IMG/VR virus record: IMGVR_UViG_3300007352_000013
Location: 1 to 64,000 of that record
Length of the DNA: 64,000 bases
Origin: a virus
Reading direction: 5' to 3' (one strand)
Below the pieces are notes generated by a model. That model was not told where the DNA came from, made no database searches, and worked only from the letters and a program-made list of their open reading frames with translations. Shown here one piece after another: positions 10,461 through 20,664 of this stretch (within the stretch, counting starts at the first letter, position 1; each line of letters begins with the position of its first letter). A program made the position numbers and the translations under genes.

Positions 10461-10514
10461 GTAGCATCGACAAGGCTACTAACCCAAGCCCTCTTGGGTG
10501 ATAGAGGGCGCGGT

Positions 10515-10590
10515 GGGCCGGTAGCTCAGCCCGGCAGAGCGGCATCCTTATAAGTTGCGTCAGTCGCGGGTTCAAATCCCGCCCGGCCCA
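10515..10590 (+). tRNA. tRNA-Ile (anticodon UAU), no encoded CCA
   Basis: GGGCCGG/CCGGCCC acceptor, GCTC/GAGC D-stem, anticodon loop CT-TAT-AA, GCGGG-TTCAAAT-CCCGC T-arm. Confidence 0.9.
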
Positions 10591-11594
10591 TTGAAAGGAG
10601 AATAAAATGTTTAATTATGGGATAGCTTTTGTTATTGGCTTTTTGTTTTTTGCATTAGCTGGCATTTTTATAGAAAAAAAATTATTCTTACCAGTACCAG
10701 TTTCTGAATCATGCCTTAAAGAAGCTAAGTGGTTTGGCTATATTTATTGGGGATGTATTTTTATGTTGTTGAATTGGATTTCATCACTATGAATCCATAC
10801 ACAGATAAATGTGAAAAACACTGGCGACGTAGGCTTGAATTTGTGGGTATGATTTGGGAATCCAAAAAAGAAGAAGAGGGATTAGTTAGTGGATACATTC
10901 GTATTCCGGGCTGCTCATGTAGCGCCGGATATGGGGAATCTGTTGGTGATGCAATAAGGAATGCGTCAGTTGGAATGAATACCGATTGGTTTTCTGTAGA
11001 TAAGAAGATAACGGACAAGGAATGGGGGTATATAGCACATGAATAAGATTGTAATTATCACAAACGACAATGAAGCTAGAATCATTGCAAACGATGATGT
11101 TCAAGTTCTTTTAGTATGTTCTGACGATGATGATTTTAGATCAAAACCCCTTGTGAAAGTTTCACCAACAGAAGTCAATGAATATTTTGGAGACTAAAAT
11201 GGAACTTACACTTTGTAATGACGGTTTTATTCGAGATAGAGATGGCGGTTTAAAAGTAGGGCAACTTTGTAAAACTAAGGATGGTTTTTATTTCAAAGCA
11301 ATAGATGATGGATTTCCTTTTTTTGATCATGAGATTGATTATTTTTGGAGTCAATTCGACAATAATCGTGAAGCTTTTGAAGAAAAAGAAAAACCAAGAA
11401 TAGATCGTGACCCATTACAAATTATAGAGGATATAGAAATGGGTTATGAAATATCCTATGAGGATAGGAGAACGATGGAACAAGAATACGGCCCAGATTG
11501 GACTAAAATGTTTTAGGAACACCGAAATGAAAAAGGGTACTAAAATAATTATATTTGCAATTTTGATAACGATTGCGATGTGGTAGGAAATTAT

Positions 11595-12125
11595 ATGAAA
11601 CTACTTGTGTCTTCAAGGGTTGAGGTATCTGATTTAGTTAATTTACTTTCTAATTCTAATCCATTAGTTATTTCAATAACTGATCCTAAGTCAGATATTG
11701 TAAAATTTAATTTACGGGAATCAAATATTTTAAGACTTCAATTTCATGATCTTGAAAAGGATTATCCGGGAAATGAACCGGCAATAATCCTCTTTAAAAA
11801 AGAAACAGCAAAACAAATTAAGGATTTTCTATTTGATTCTTTATGTTTGGGAGGATCATCTATTGCAGCGATAAGACAAACCGTTAGACAAACTATACTG
11901 GTAGTTCATTGTGAAGCCGGTATTTCTAGAAGTGCAGGAGTAGCAGCAGCGATTTCTATGCATTTCAATAAGGATTGTTCTGAATTTTTTGAAAACGGCA
12001 AATATATACCGAATCGTTTAGTCTACAAAACTTTACTAGACGAATTAAATGGCCAAGACAATAATGTTCCAGTTGTTAAACTGCGTATTTGTGACGATTA
12101 CTTTGGTAAGTTTCCGGAGGATTAA
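11595..12125 (+). CDS. Tyrosine/dual-specificity phosphatase-like (CX5R) protein
   Basis: VVHCEAGISRSAGVA P-loop. Confidence 0.85.
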   Translation: MKLLVSSRVEVSDLVNLLSNSNPLVISITDPKSDIVKFNLRESNILRLQFHDLEKDYPGNEPAIILFKKETAKQIKDFLFDSLCLGGSSIAAIRQTVRQTILVVHCEAGISRSAGVAAAISMHFNKDCSEFFENGKYIPNRLVYKTLLDELNGQDNNVPVVKLRICDDYFGKFPED

Positions 12126-13484
12126 TAAATGATCCCAAGTAAAGAAACTAAACTATGGCATATTGACGCTGCAATAGAAGTCAAAAAATTATATGCACAA
12201 TACTGGATGGCACAGGCAACAACTGGTGTTTGTAAGAATCGTATTGTTTGTAGAACACGACCAAATGGTGAATCTTATAGAGTATCCGATGATGAGTTGG
12301 TTAAAGATACGCTAGATATAGCACTTAATCAGATTCAAGGAATAAATGAACTTATTGATGAACGTTTAAATTTAATGAATGGAGAATGAATATGTTAGGA
12401 AGATCCGTATTTTCGATGGTATTTGGTCTTGTTTGTGGTATTGCAAATTTTTTTATTAATGGCTTTGTGTCACAAAATTGTATAATTGGTTTATCCCGGA
12501 TATAACCGGGTTAAATGATATTTCATTTTGGTATTCGTGTGGCATATGTCAAATTATAGCTCTATGTGTCGGACAATATAGGAATACAGATAATAGTCAT
12601 ACTAAAAAAATAATGGATGCAATAGAAAACGGTGGTAAAGAATTTATTGAACAAATTTTGATGGTTTTTTCAAGATCTTTATTGGGTCCATTGGTTGTAT
12701 TATTTTTCGGATGGTGGATTCATTGTTATTGTAATTGATGAATTAATTGGAGATAAAAAGGATTCTGAAATGCAAAAAATTGATAAGATGGAAGCGCTCA
12801 GGATAATGTGCAGAACCACTAATAAGTGGGGTATGTATATTGGGATTGGTGACTGGTTGGATACTCCGAATTTTCTTGATGAGTTAGTTAAGGCAGCACC
12901 ATATCTTGACAATATTGAGGATTATCAAATCATTTCTGATGAAATGTGTTATCTCCTCTTTGATACAGAAGAAGAAATGGATAGAATATTCGAGATGACA
13001 GTTGGTGATGATGGACCAACTAGATTAAATAAGTATAATGGTCAAGTTCGCGTGTATGCTATCACCTGTGATAATAATGGTGAATTAATGAACACAAATA
13101 CATAAGGAAATTATATGACAATACAGCAATTTTTTGTATTGGGTTTTTTGATTGGTGCCGCCTTTGTTTTATTTAGGGATTTTTGTTGTTGTATATTCTG
13201 TATAAAAACACAAGTTTTTGTAATAAAAAATTATCTATGCTGTGGCGTTCTATTTGGAGGCATAGGTGTAATTCTTGGATTTTTATGGAGATTGCAAATA
13301 TAATGAAAATACGAATCAGTTTTAAAACACCCGATGCTGTTGATTATGCCATAGAACATCTCGATGAAAATGTACGTAATGAAATCAAAGAAGATTTAGC
13401 TACTTGGATTAAATATGGCGAATCTATTAAAATAGAATTCGATACAGACGAAAAAACAGCCACGGTTTTACCAGCGAGTTAAAT

Positions 13485-14411
13485 ATGAACGATATAATTA
13501 AAATTCATAATATAGTAGATGAATGCGAAGTTTCTTATCCTTATAAATCGCTCATCTTTCCGGGCGGTGAACCCCACGTTCAGGTAGATCCACAATATAT
13601 AGAAGGAAAGAATATATGGGTAGACGCAAGAATCTGTAGCGCCGATGGATTTATGACACTTTTATGTCTGCTTGACGCCATAAGTGAGTGTGGGCCGGAG
13701 AGGTTGGGATTATTTCTTCCTTACTTTCCTGGCGCTCGTCAAGATAGATACGAAAATGGAAGTGCGTTCTCCCTACAAATTTACGGTCGAGCATTAAGGC
13801 GTTATAGTCTGCATTCTATTTTGGTTCTTGATCCTCATTCAGAAATGTTAAAGGCCATTGTAGATGTTGATGCCTTAGAATCGCATACAGTAGCTTTACC
13901 ACTAGATTCAAAATATAGGGGAATTATAGCTCCGGATAATGGCGCTTTGAGTAGATGTGCAAAATTTGCCACAGCAGCAAAAATAGATTTGATATTTACG
14001 GCTAGAAAGGTAAGAAATCCAGAAACAGGAAAATTAAGTAACTTCTACATAAATATGGAAAATCGTAATGGCCGATATCTTATTGTGGATGATATCTGTG
14101 ACGGCGGTGGAACCTTCATTGGTCTAGCCGATGAAATTAAACGCCAAAGTCCAAATTGTATTCTAGACTTATGGGTTTCTCATGGAATATTTTCTAAAGG
14201 GTTTTATGAATTAGATAAAAGATTCGGAAAGATAATTACAACAGATTCTTTTCCAAGAGAACAACAACCGGGAGAATGGGTATACCATTCTTACACAGAC
14301 AGAAAATATTCTGGTTATGGTCCTATCCAAGATATACTAATAGAATATAGAACGCTTTGGTATCATGCGGCTCACTTTATGAAGGAAAGGCTTTCTTATG
14401 CACAAATCTGA
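13485..14411 (+). CDS. prs: Ribose-phosphate pyrophosphokinase-like protein (probable Adps of NARP1)
   Basis: FPGGE, PYFPGARQDR, DPHS, APDNGA, IVDDICDGGGTF motifs; next to a Nampt-like gene. Confidence 0.85.
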   Translation: MNDIIKIHNIVDECEVSYPYKSLIFPGGEPHVQVDPQYIEGKNIWVDARICSADGFMTLLCLLDAISECGPERLGLFLPYFPGARQDRYENGSAFSLQIYGRALRRYSLHSILVLDPHSEMLKAIVDVDALESHTVALPLDSKYRGIIAPDNGALSRCAKFATAAKIDLIFTARKVRNPETGKLSNFYINMENRNGRYLIVDDICDGGGTFIGLADEIKRQSPNCILDLWVSHGIFSKGFYELDKRFGKIITTDSFPREQQPGEWVYHSYTDRKYSGYGPIQDILIEYRTLWYHAAHFMKERLSYAQI

Positions 14412-14718
14412 TTTTAATAAATGGTTTGAATTGTTTAAAAAACTAAGTGATGAAAGAGAAAGAGATAAGAAAGAAAACATTAGAATTATGTCAGAGTTTG
14501 AACCAGATAATATTCTGGAAATTCCGGAACATTCATTAAATAATGTAAAGCTTGGATTTTGGAGTTCACCCAACGGTGTTATAATGATAGAAGCAAATGC
14601 CAAAGGCGAATTTGATCCAAGAAAAGCCAAATTCTTTTCAAAAGAAATTATAAACTCTCTAGTAGCAGCAAGTGAAAAACAACCTAACGCAATACTTCTT
14701 CCATTGGAGATAGAATAA
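14398..14718 (+). CDS. Hypothetical protein between the prs-like and nadV-like genes
   Basis: Overlaps both neighbours (translational coupling). Confidence 0.6.
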   Translation: MHKSDFNKWFELFKKLSDERERDKKENIRIMSEFEPDNILEIPEHSLNNVKLGFWSSPNGVIMIEANAKGEFDPRKAKFFSKEIINSLVAASEKQPNAILLPLEIE

Positions 14719-16178
14719 TGAATATGAATCCAATGCTAATGATTGACGGCTATAAATTGGATCATCGTCGTCAATATCCAGTAGGAACACAAAGGGTCTA
14801 TTCTAATTGGACTCCACGTTCATGCAGGATAGAAGGAGAAACACATTCAACAATGTTCGGTCTTCAATATTTTCTTAAGAGATTCATGGGCGATTTAATG
14901 CAAGAATATTTCTTTTGCGTTAATCGCGCCAAAATTGAGAAACAATATCAATCAAGAATTGATGGTTATCTTGGACACAATGCAATTGGCGTTAAGCATA
15001 TTGCAGCGCTTCATGAACTTGGGTATGTTCCTCTTAAATTCTGTGCAATTCCAGAAGGTACTAGGACTCCACTGCGTGTACCCCAAATCGTGGTCGAGAA
15101 TACAATAGATGACTTTTTTTGGTTGCCAAATTATTTTGAAACTCTCATGTCTTCAACGATTTGGAAACCAACAACTTCTGCTAATCTTGCTTTCCGATTC
15201 CGTAAAATGCTCAACAAATGGGCAGAAATAACTGGTGGAAATAAAGACTTTGTGCAATGGCAAGGTCATGACTTCTCTTTCCGTGGAATGAGTGGTGTTG
15301 AAGATGCAATGGTATCTGGGGCGGGTCACTTGCTTTCATTTACAGGAACAGATACAATTCCTGCTATTGAATTCATTGAAGAATATTATAGCGGAAATAA
15401 CGGACTTATCGGTGGGTCAGTAGCAGCTACAGAACATTCAGTTATGTGCGCCAACGGTGAAGATGGCGAAATGCAAACATTTGACCATTTGCTAGATTTG
15501 TATCCAAATGGTATCGTTTCTATAGTTTCGGATACATGGAATCTATGGCGTGTGATTACACATATCTTGCCAGCGCGTAAAGAACGAATTATGGCGAGAC
15601 AAGGAAAGTTGGTTGTGCGGCCCGATTCTGGTGATCCAGTGCTTATCCTTTGCGGTGATAATAATGCTTCTGAAGAGATTGTAAAGAGGGGTGTTATTAG
15701 GGGTTTGCACGATGTATTTGGTGGCGAGAAAAATGCTAATGGGTTTATTGAACTCGATCCACACATTGGAGCCATCTATGGGGATGCAATTAATATCGAA
15801 AGAGGAGAACAAATTTCACGAAAACTTCATAGTTTCGGATTTGCATCAACAAATTGTGTGTATGGCATTGGAAGTTATAGTTACCAGCTAACAACAAGAG
15901 ATGTTTACGGTCTAGCAATGAAAGCAACTTGGGCGCAAGTTAATGGTGTCGGTAGAGATCTATTCAAAAAGCCTATTACAGATAGTGGCATGAAGATTTC
16001 TGCCAAAGGTAGACTTTCTGTAGTGAAAGAGAATGGTAGGTATTTCTGCATAAACCAAGCAACTCCAGAAATAGAGGCTCAATCGGTACTTACTCCGGTT
16101 TGGGTTGATGGTAAATTTATTAGGACACAATCGTTCAAGAATGTAAGAGAAACTTTATGGAATCCGGAGAATCTATAA
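14718..16178 (+). CDS. nadV: Nicotinamide phosphoribosyltransferase-like protein (probable Namat of NARP1)
   Basis: DGYKLDH, HDFSFRG, GTDTIPA, AATEHSVM, SIVSDTWN, VVRPDSGDP, IYGDAI, KKPITDSG motifs. Confidence 0.92.
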   Translation: MNMNPMLMIDGYKLDHRRQYPVGTQRVYSNWTPRSCRIEGETHSTMFGLQYFLKRFMGDLMQEYFFCVNRAKIEKQYQSRIDGYLGHNAIGVKHIAALHELGYVPLKFCAIPEGTRTPLRVPQIVVENTIDDFFWLPNYFETLMSSTIWKPTTSANLAFRFRKMLNKWAEITGGNKDFVQWQGHDFSFRGMSGVEDAMVSGAGHLLSFTGTDTIPAIEFIEEYYSGNNGLIGGSVAATEHSVMCANGEDGEMQTFDHLLDLYPNGIVSIVSDTWNLWRVITHILPARKERIMARQGKLVVRPDSGDPVLILCGDNNASEEIVKRGVIRGLHDVFGGEKNANGFIELDPHIGAIYGDAINIERGEQISRKLHSFGFASTNCVYGIGSYSYQLTTRDVYGLAMKATWAQVNGVGRDLFKKPITDSGMKISAKGRLSVVKENGRYFCINQATPEIEAQSVLTPVWVDGKFIRTQSFKNVRETLWNPENL

Positions 16179-16926
16179 TGTCAATAACTTGGATGGATGT
16201 CTACAGAAAAGGTTACACGTCGAATATGTCGTGTCCAAACTGCGGAGCAATGTGGAATCAAAATGCAACACATTGCCTAGACGAATTGTGTTTATCATAT
16301 TATGATCTTTGTATGTTACGTGCAACGTGTAATAATTGTAATACAAAGTCAGACTGTTATCTCTGGATAGGTTCAGATGAAACAGAAGCTAAAATAATGG
16401 CTATGTTTCATGAAAAATCTGTAAAGAAAACTGATTCGGTTTCTGTAGATCAAAAATTGAAAGAGCAACTTAATGAAAATTTACGAAAGGTCTTTGGATA
16501 ATGGTATATTGTTATGTGACGGATTTTATCCGTATAAAAGACGTTAAAGATTACATAGATAGAGATTTATTGGAATTTATATTTGGTAAAAAAATAGAAG
16601 TATCTATGCTAGAATATACCAAAAAAATAATTGAATTCTACAAAAATTCTTACTAAGAAGTAGGCTAAAGCCACACGAAGTGCTGTGTAAGTTTCCTTGT
16701 GCGGAATTCGAATGGGAGTATATTTAAATGATAAGAAATTCATGGTTAAAGAGTTTATGGTCAACTGTAGATGATCAATGCGAATCTATTCAGCACAATT
16801 TACTGTGTCTATTTGACGGTATGGATCAAGAAGTTTCAGACAAAATGTGTCAAATAATAGTTGATGGATTCAAAGCTATTAAAGATCATAAAGAAACAAT
16901 TTAATAGTTGGCGAAAACCACGCGAA

Positions 16927-17007
16927 GCGCCCGTAGTCTAATTGGATAAGGCATCAGATTTCTAATCTGACGGGAAACCATTGGGGGTTCGAGTCCCTCC
17001 GGGCGTA
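16927..17007 (+). tRNA. tRNA-Arg (anticodon UCU) with extended variable region, no encoded CCA
   Basis: GCGCCCG/CGGGCGT acceptor, TCAGA-TTTCTAA-TCTGA, 12-nt variable region CGGGAAACCATT, GGGGG-TTCGAGT-CCCTC. Confidence 0.88.
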
Positions 17008-17870
17008 TTGAAAGGAAATATATGAAATTATGGACTGTGTATGGTGATGAGTGGTCATCTCCTTCTGCTCCGAGTTATGAAGAATTGATAGGAATCTTCT
17101 TTACAGAAGAAGAAGCAATAAAGTTTTCTGAAGAAAAAGAAAATAAATTCAAAGAAACTCATATTGAGTCATATAACCATTATGATTGTCGTATTGATCC
17201 TTGGGAGGTGGATATTCCAAAGTCAATCGAAATCGCTATCCAAGCGATGGAATCTGCTTGGTTTGAATTAAAACCAGGAAAATCCAAAATTGGTGATCAA
17301 TTTATTAGGCAAGATGATATGCGTGAGGTAATTGATAATTTGAAGAAGCTGTGTGAAATATGAAACACATGTACGATGGAAAAGAAATTTTAGAAATAAC
17401 TCAATTTGATTCTAAAGACGAATACCAACCATACCAATTTATGTTGGAGGGTGGGGAATTAGTTTGGATTCCAGTAGACAGTAAAGATTATCCTATTGAA
17501 CTTATTGAGAGAAAAATACAATGATTTCGAATAATGCGTTTAAGACTATGCAAGAAGTAGAAAAATGGTTGTGGGATCATGTCGATGGAACTAGTATGTC
17601 TGGTCATTTTGATATAGTACCGCAAAAACTTGCAAAAGATTTTTCAGAAGCAGTAAAAGAAGCTGGGGTGGTTCCAGATGAACCAAGGGAGACTCCGTGG
17701 AGAGAGTGGAGTGATCGTGAAGAAGAAAAAGCGTAATCGCAATTTGTTGGGTCGTGACCCCGCTATGGGTCGTGTAACATTTAAGTCCGGTGTGATCCTT
17801 ACCCCCAAGGATAAAAACAAAAATAGAAAGTCCAAGATTCATAAAAAGAATCTTAGACTGGAGAAAGAGA

Positions 17871-18287
17871 ATGAATAATAAAATGCAAACGATAAAACCT
17901 AAATACAAAATTGGACAAGAAGTTTATAAGATAAATTGGTGTAATCCTACAACTTGGAAAACTTGCGAAGCATGTAATGGCGCTACGTTTGTTCATATAA
18001 AGGAAAATGGTAAGCAAATTTCTTGTCCAGATTGTCGTGGGGTCGGTAAACATTCAATATATCTAGGTACTCGATGGGCGATCGGCAGTAAACTTACCAT
18101 AGGAAAAATCCAAATAGAACAATTTGATACAGAATATAACGATCATGAAGATAGAATAACATATATGTGTCGTGAAACGGGTGTAGGAACAGGATCTGTT
18201 TATGAGGAAAAAGATCTTTTTACTTCGTTAAAAGCAGCAGAATCAGAAGTAAATAAACGTAATAAAAATCTTAAAAATGAGAAATAA
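17871..18287 (+). CDS. Hypothetical protein with DnaJ-type CxxCxGxG zinc motifs
   Basis: CEACNGAT and CPDCRGVG. Confidence 0.55.
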   Translation: MNNKMQTIKPKYKIGQEVYKINWCNPTTWKTCEACNGATFVHIKENGKQISCPDCRGVGKHSIYLGTRWAIGSKLTIGKIQIEQFDTEYNDHEDRITYMCRETGVGTGSVYEEKDLFTSLKAAESEVNKRNKNLKNEK

Positions 18288-19027
18288 ATATGGAACAATT
18301 ATTTTGTTGTATGTGCAATAAACAAGTAGATAAAAATTGTTTGCAAGAATTTGTACCATCAATAATCAAAGAAATAACAGACGAATTAAATATTGAGATA
18401 CAAGAAGTATATTTGATGGATTATTATAAAAGATGTCTGTGTAATGAATGTTTAAAAATTCTTGGGATAACTAAGAATGAAGGAAAACCATGTTTAATGT
18501 GTAGATTCCCAAGACTTTCAGATTCTTATGTGTGTAAATTCTGTGAAGAATTTATAGCAAAAAATGGAAGAATCAATGTCGGCTAAATTATTAATGGCAT
18601 TAATTGTATTTATGATATTTTTAGCATCCATACTTAGTTATATTTCTGGTTGTTTTGCAATTTCTTGGTTTTTAAAATTATTGGTGCTAAATGACAGTAT
18701 TTGAATGTGAAAAATGTAATAGTAAAATAAAAGTTGATACTCCATGTTTGGGATATCTTGTTGTAAATATTTGTAAAAACTGTAATATAAGTATGCCAAT
18801 TGTATATGGTCAAAAGGCAATAAAAATAACTATAGATGGAATAGTTTCCGATCCTAGTAAACCAACATGGGAATATTTTTTAAGATATTGGAATTATTCA
18901 AATTTAAATGATTGTCTAGTTGAACTAACTGAATTCGAATCAATTGAAGATAAAGATAATTATATAAATTATCTTAGGGAAATAGGATTGAAACTATGAA
19001 TGGTCATATTAAAGCGAGTAATATAGA

Positions 19028-19399
19028 ATGAAAATTCTTATTGTCGAAGATGACAAACAAAGGATAAGATGGTTTAGAGAGAATCTAATAGAACATAGTG
19101 TAGACATAGTTGAAACAGCAGCATCTGGTATTTTTTTATGCCAGACCAAGAAGTATGATTTCATTTGCTTGGATCATGATCTTGGCGGTGAAATTTACGT
19201 TCCATCTGAAAATGAAAATACTGGTTATCAAGTGAGTAAAGCAATAGTTAATTCTTTAAATTCCGAGACGCCCGTTATAGTCCATAGCCATAATCCGTCT
19301 GGCGCAAAAAATATTCAAAGTATATTGAAACATGCCGAGTTAATTCCATTTTGTCAGTTAATAAAAATGAATCTAAAGGAAATATTAAATGATAATTGA
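19028..19399 (+). CDS. Stand-alone receiver domain, cyclic-phosphate-processing (cREC) type
   Basis: KILIVEDD, ICLDHDLGG, TGYQV, IVHSHNPSG; no cognate kinase nearby. Confidence 0.7.
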   Translation: MKILIVEDDKQRIRWFRENLIEHSVDIVETAASGIFLCQTKKYDFICLDHDLGGEIYVPSENENTGYQVSKAIVNSLNSETPVIVHSHNPSGAKNIQSILKHAELIPFCQLIKMNLKEILNDN

Positions 19400-19589
19400 A
19401 TCAGAAATTAGAAGTAGAGTAGAATTTTCGGCATTAGATAAGGGTGAAGCATTTATTCATCTAGGATATTTATGTATGAAAATAATGGACTGTAGTTGTA
19501 TAAATCTATCAACTGGCGATATATTCACAATATCAGAAGATTTTCTCGTTGTTCCTGTTGGGAACATAACTAAAGTTTCAACTCTTTAA
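19389..19589 (+). CDS. Small beta-rich paralog-family protein
   Basis: VEFSALDKGEAFIHLGYLCMK...INLSTG...VVPV. Confidence 0.65.
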   Translation: MIIESEIRSRVEFSALDKGEAFIHLGYLCMKIMDCSCINLSTGDIFTISEDFLVVPVGNITKVSTL

Positions 19590-19868
19590 GAAAGGAAAAA
19601 TTATGAATTTTCAGATCAAGAATGTAAATGATGTTAAGGTTGTTTCTCGTAAGAATCGTTCGTCTAAGTATGAACCTCTTATTAAAGCTTTGACTTCCCT
19701 AGAAGGGGACAATGTTGTTGTTGTTAATTGCGAAGAAAACCAAACGGCAGAACAACTTCGTCAAAATATCTATCAGGGATTACGAAATCAAAAGTTTAAT
19801 ATTGATACAATTAAAATTTCCCTTACCGAAGATCATAATGGTATCGTTTTTTCTAAAAAGGATTAGTA

Positions 19869-20048
19869 ATGAAAGTTAAAGTTAGCGTTAGAGAAGTCTG
19901 GGAGCATTTAATAGAAATAGAAGTTGAAGATAATGCTTCTGATGAAAAAATTTTAGAAGCAGCAAATGATTTTATAGAAACTTCTGACGAGGGCGAAGAT
20001 TCATATGTCTATTGTCTTGAACCAGAAGAATGGGTTATTTACAGGTGA
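19869..20048 (+). CDS. 59-aa acidic microprotein (below the ORF-track cutoff)
   Basis: Read by eye: MKVKVSVREVWEHLIEIEVEDNASDEKILEAA... Confidence 0.6.
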   Translation: MKVKVSVREVWEHLIEIEVEDNASDEKILEAANDFIETSDEGEDSYVYCLEPEEWVIYR

Positions 20049-20304
20049 CAAATATGTTAGTAAAAGAACTTTTAGAACAATTAAAATACTCGGAAAGGAA
20101 TTTAGAAGTCTTGATAAGACCGGATAGAGGAAATTTTTTATTGAGTCCAATAAGAGTAAATGAGGATTTTGCAGAAATAAATAAAATTGGATATGAAGAA
20201 TTGTCTGAAAAGGGCGAAGATAATTCGAGAAAAGTCATTGTAATCGAAACTTTATAGGATATTATTTGAACAGAATATTATAATAATCCATTTAGGGGTT
20301 AAAA

Positions 20305-20664
20305 ATGGTTTCTGAATCTCATATACAATTGGCAACTAAAGTTGCTAATTATTCTGATATAATCAAAGCACGAATGAGTGCAATAGCTATTTCCAAAAGG
20401 GGAAAGGTTATTTGTACTGCAAATAATCGCCGTCTCCAAGGCAATTTTGTTGACTGGAGTATTCATGCTGAAGCCTCTCTCATAAAAAAACTTCACAAGC
20501 TTAAAGCCTTTGATAGATACAAGGATATTTCAATATTCGTTTTTAGAATATCCTCAAAGGGAATTTCTATGGCACGTCCATGTATAAGATGCCAACAACT
20601 TCTTTCTAGGTATAATGTTAAAGTTCTCTATACAACAGACGCCGGAAGGATAGAGTGTTTATGA
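20305..20664 (+). CDS. Cytidine/deoxycytidylate deaminase-family zinc protein
   Basis: SIHAE and ARPCIRC motifs. Confidence 0.82.
   Translation: MVSESHIQLATKVANYSDIIKARMSAIAISKRGKVICTANNRRLQGNFVDWSIHAEASLIKKLHKLKAFDRYKDISIFVFRISSKGISMARPCIRCQQLLSRYNVKVLYTTDAGRIECL

Larger units (their letters stand above)
932..13482 (+). other. Dense array of short co-oriented hypothetical ORFs (early/accessory region), many with CxxC pairs
   Basis: Closely packed 60-120 aa + strand ORFs, many with AGGAG/GAAAGGA RBS and overlapping start/stop codons. Confidence 0.75.

Noticed and set aside
10461-10512. HDV-like (theta) or twister ribozyme beside tRNA-Ile
   Set aside because: CCCAAGCCC resembles part of the twister core, but the P1/P2/P4 topology cannot be built; theta ribozymes lie 3' of tRNAs and the nested double pseudoknot is absent
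17678-17878. ArfA-like ribosome rescue peptide
   Set aside because: Only basic composition supports it; no recognisable ArfA motif
19028-19399. Classical two-component response regulator
   Set aside because: No output domain or histidine kinase; the DHDLG and HSxNP motifs fit the cREC clade better
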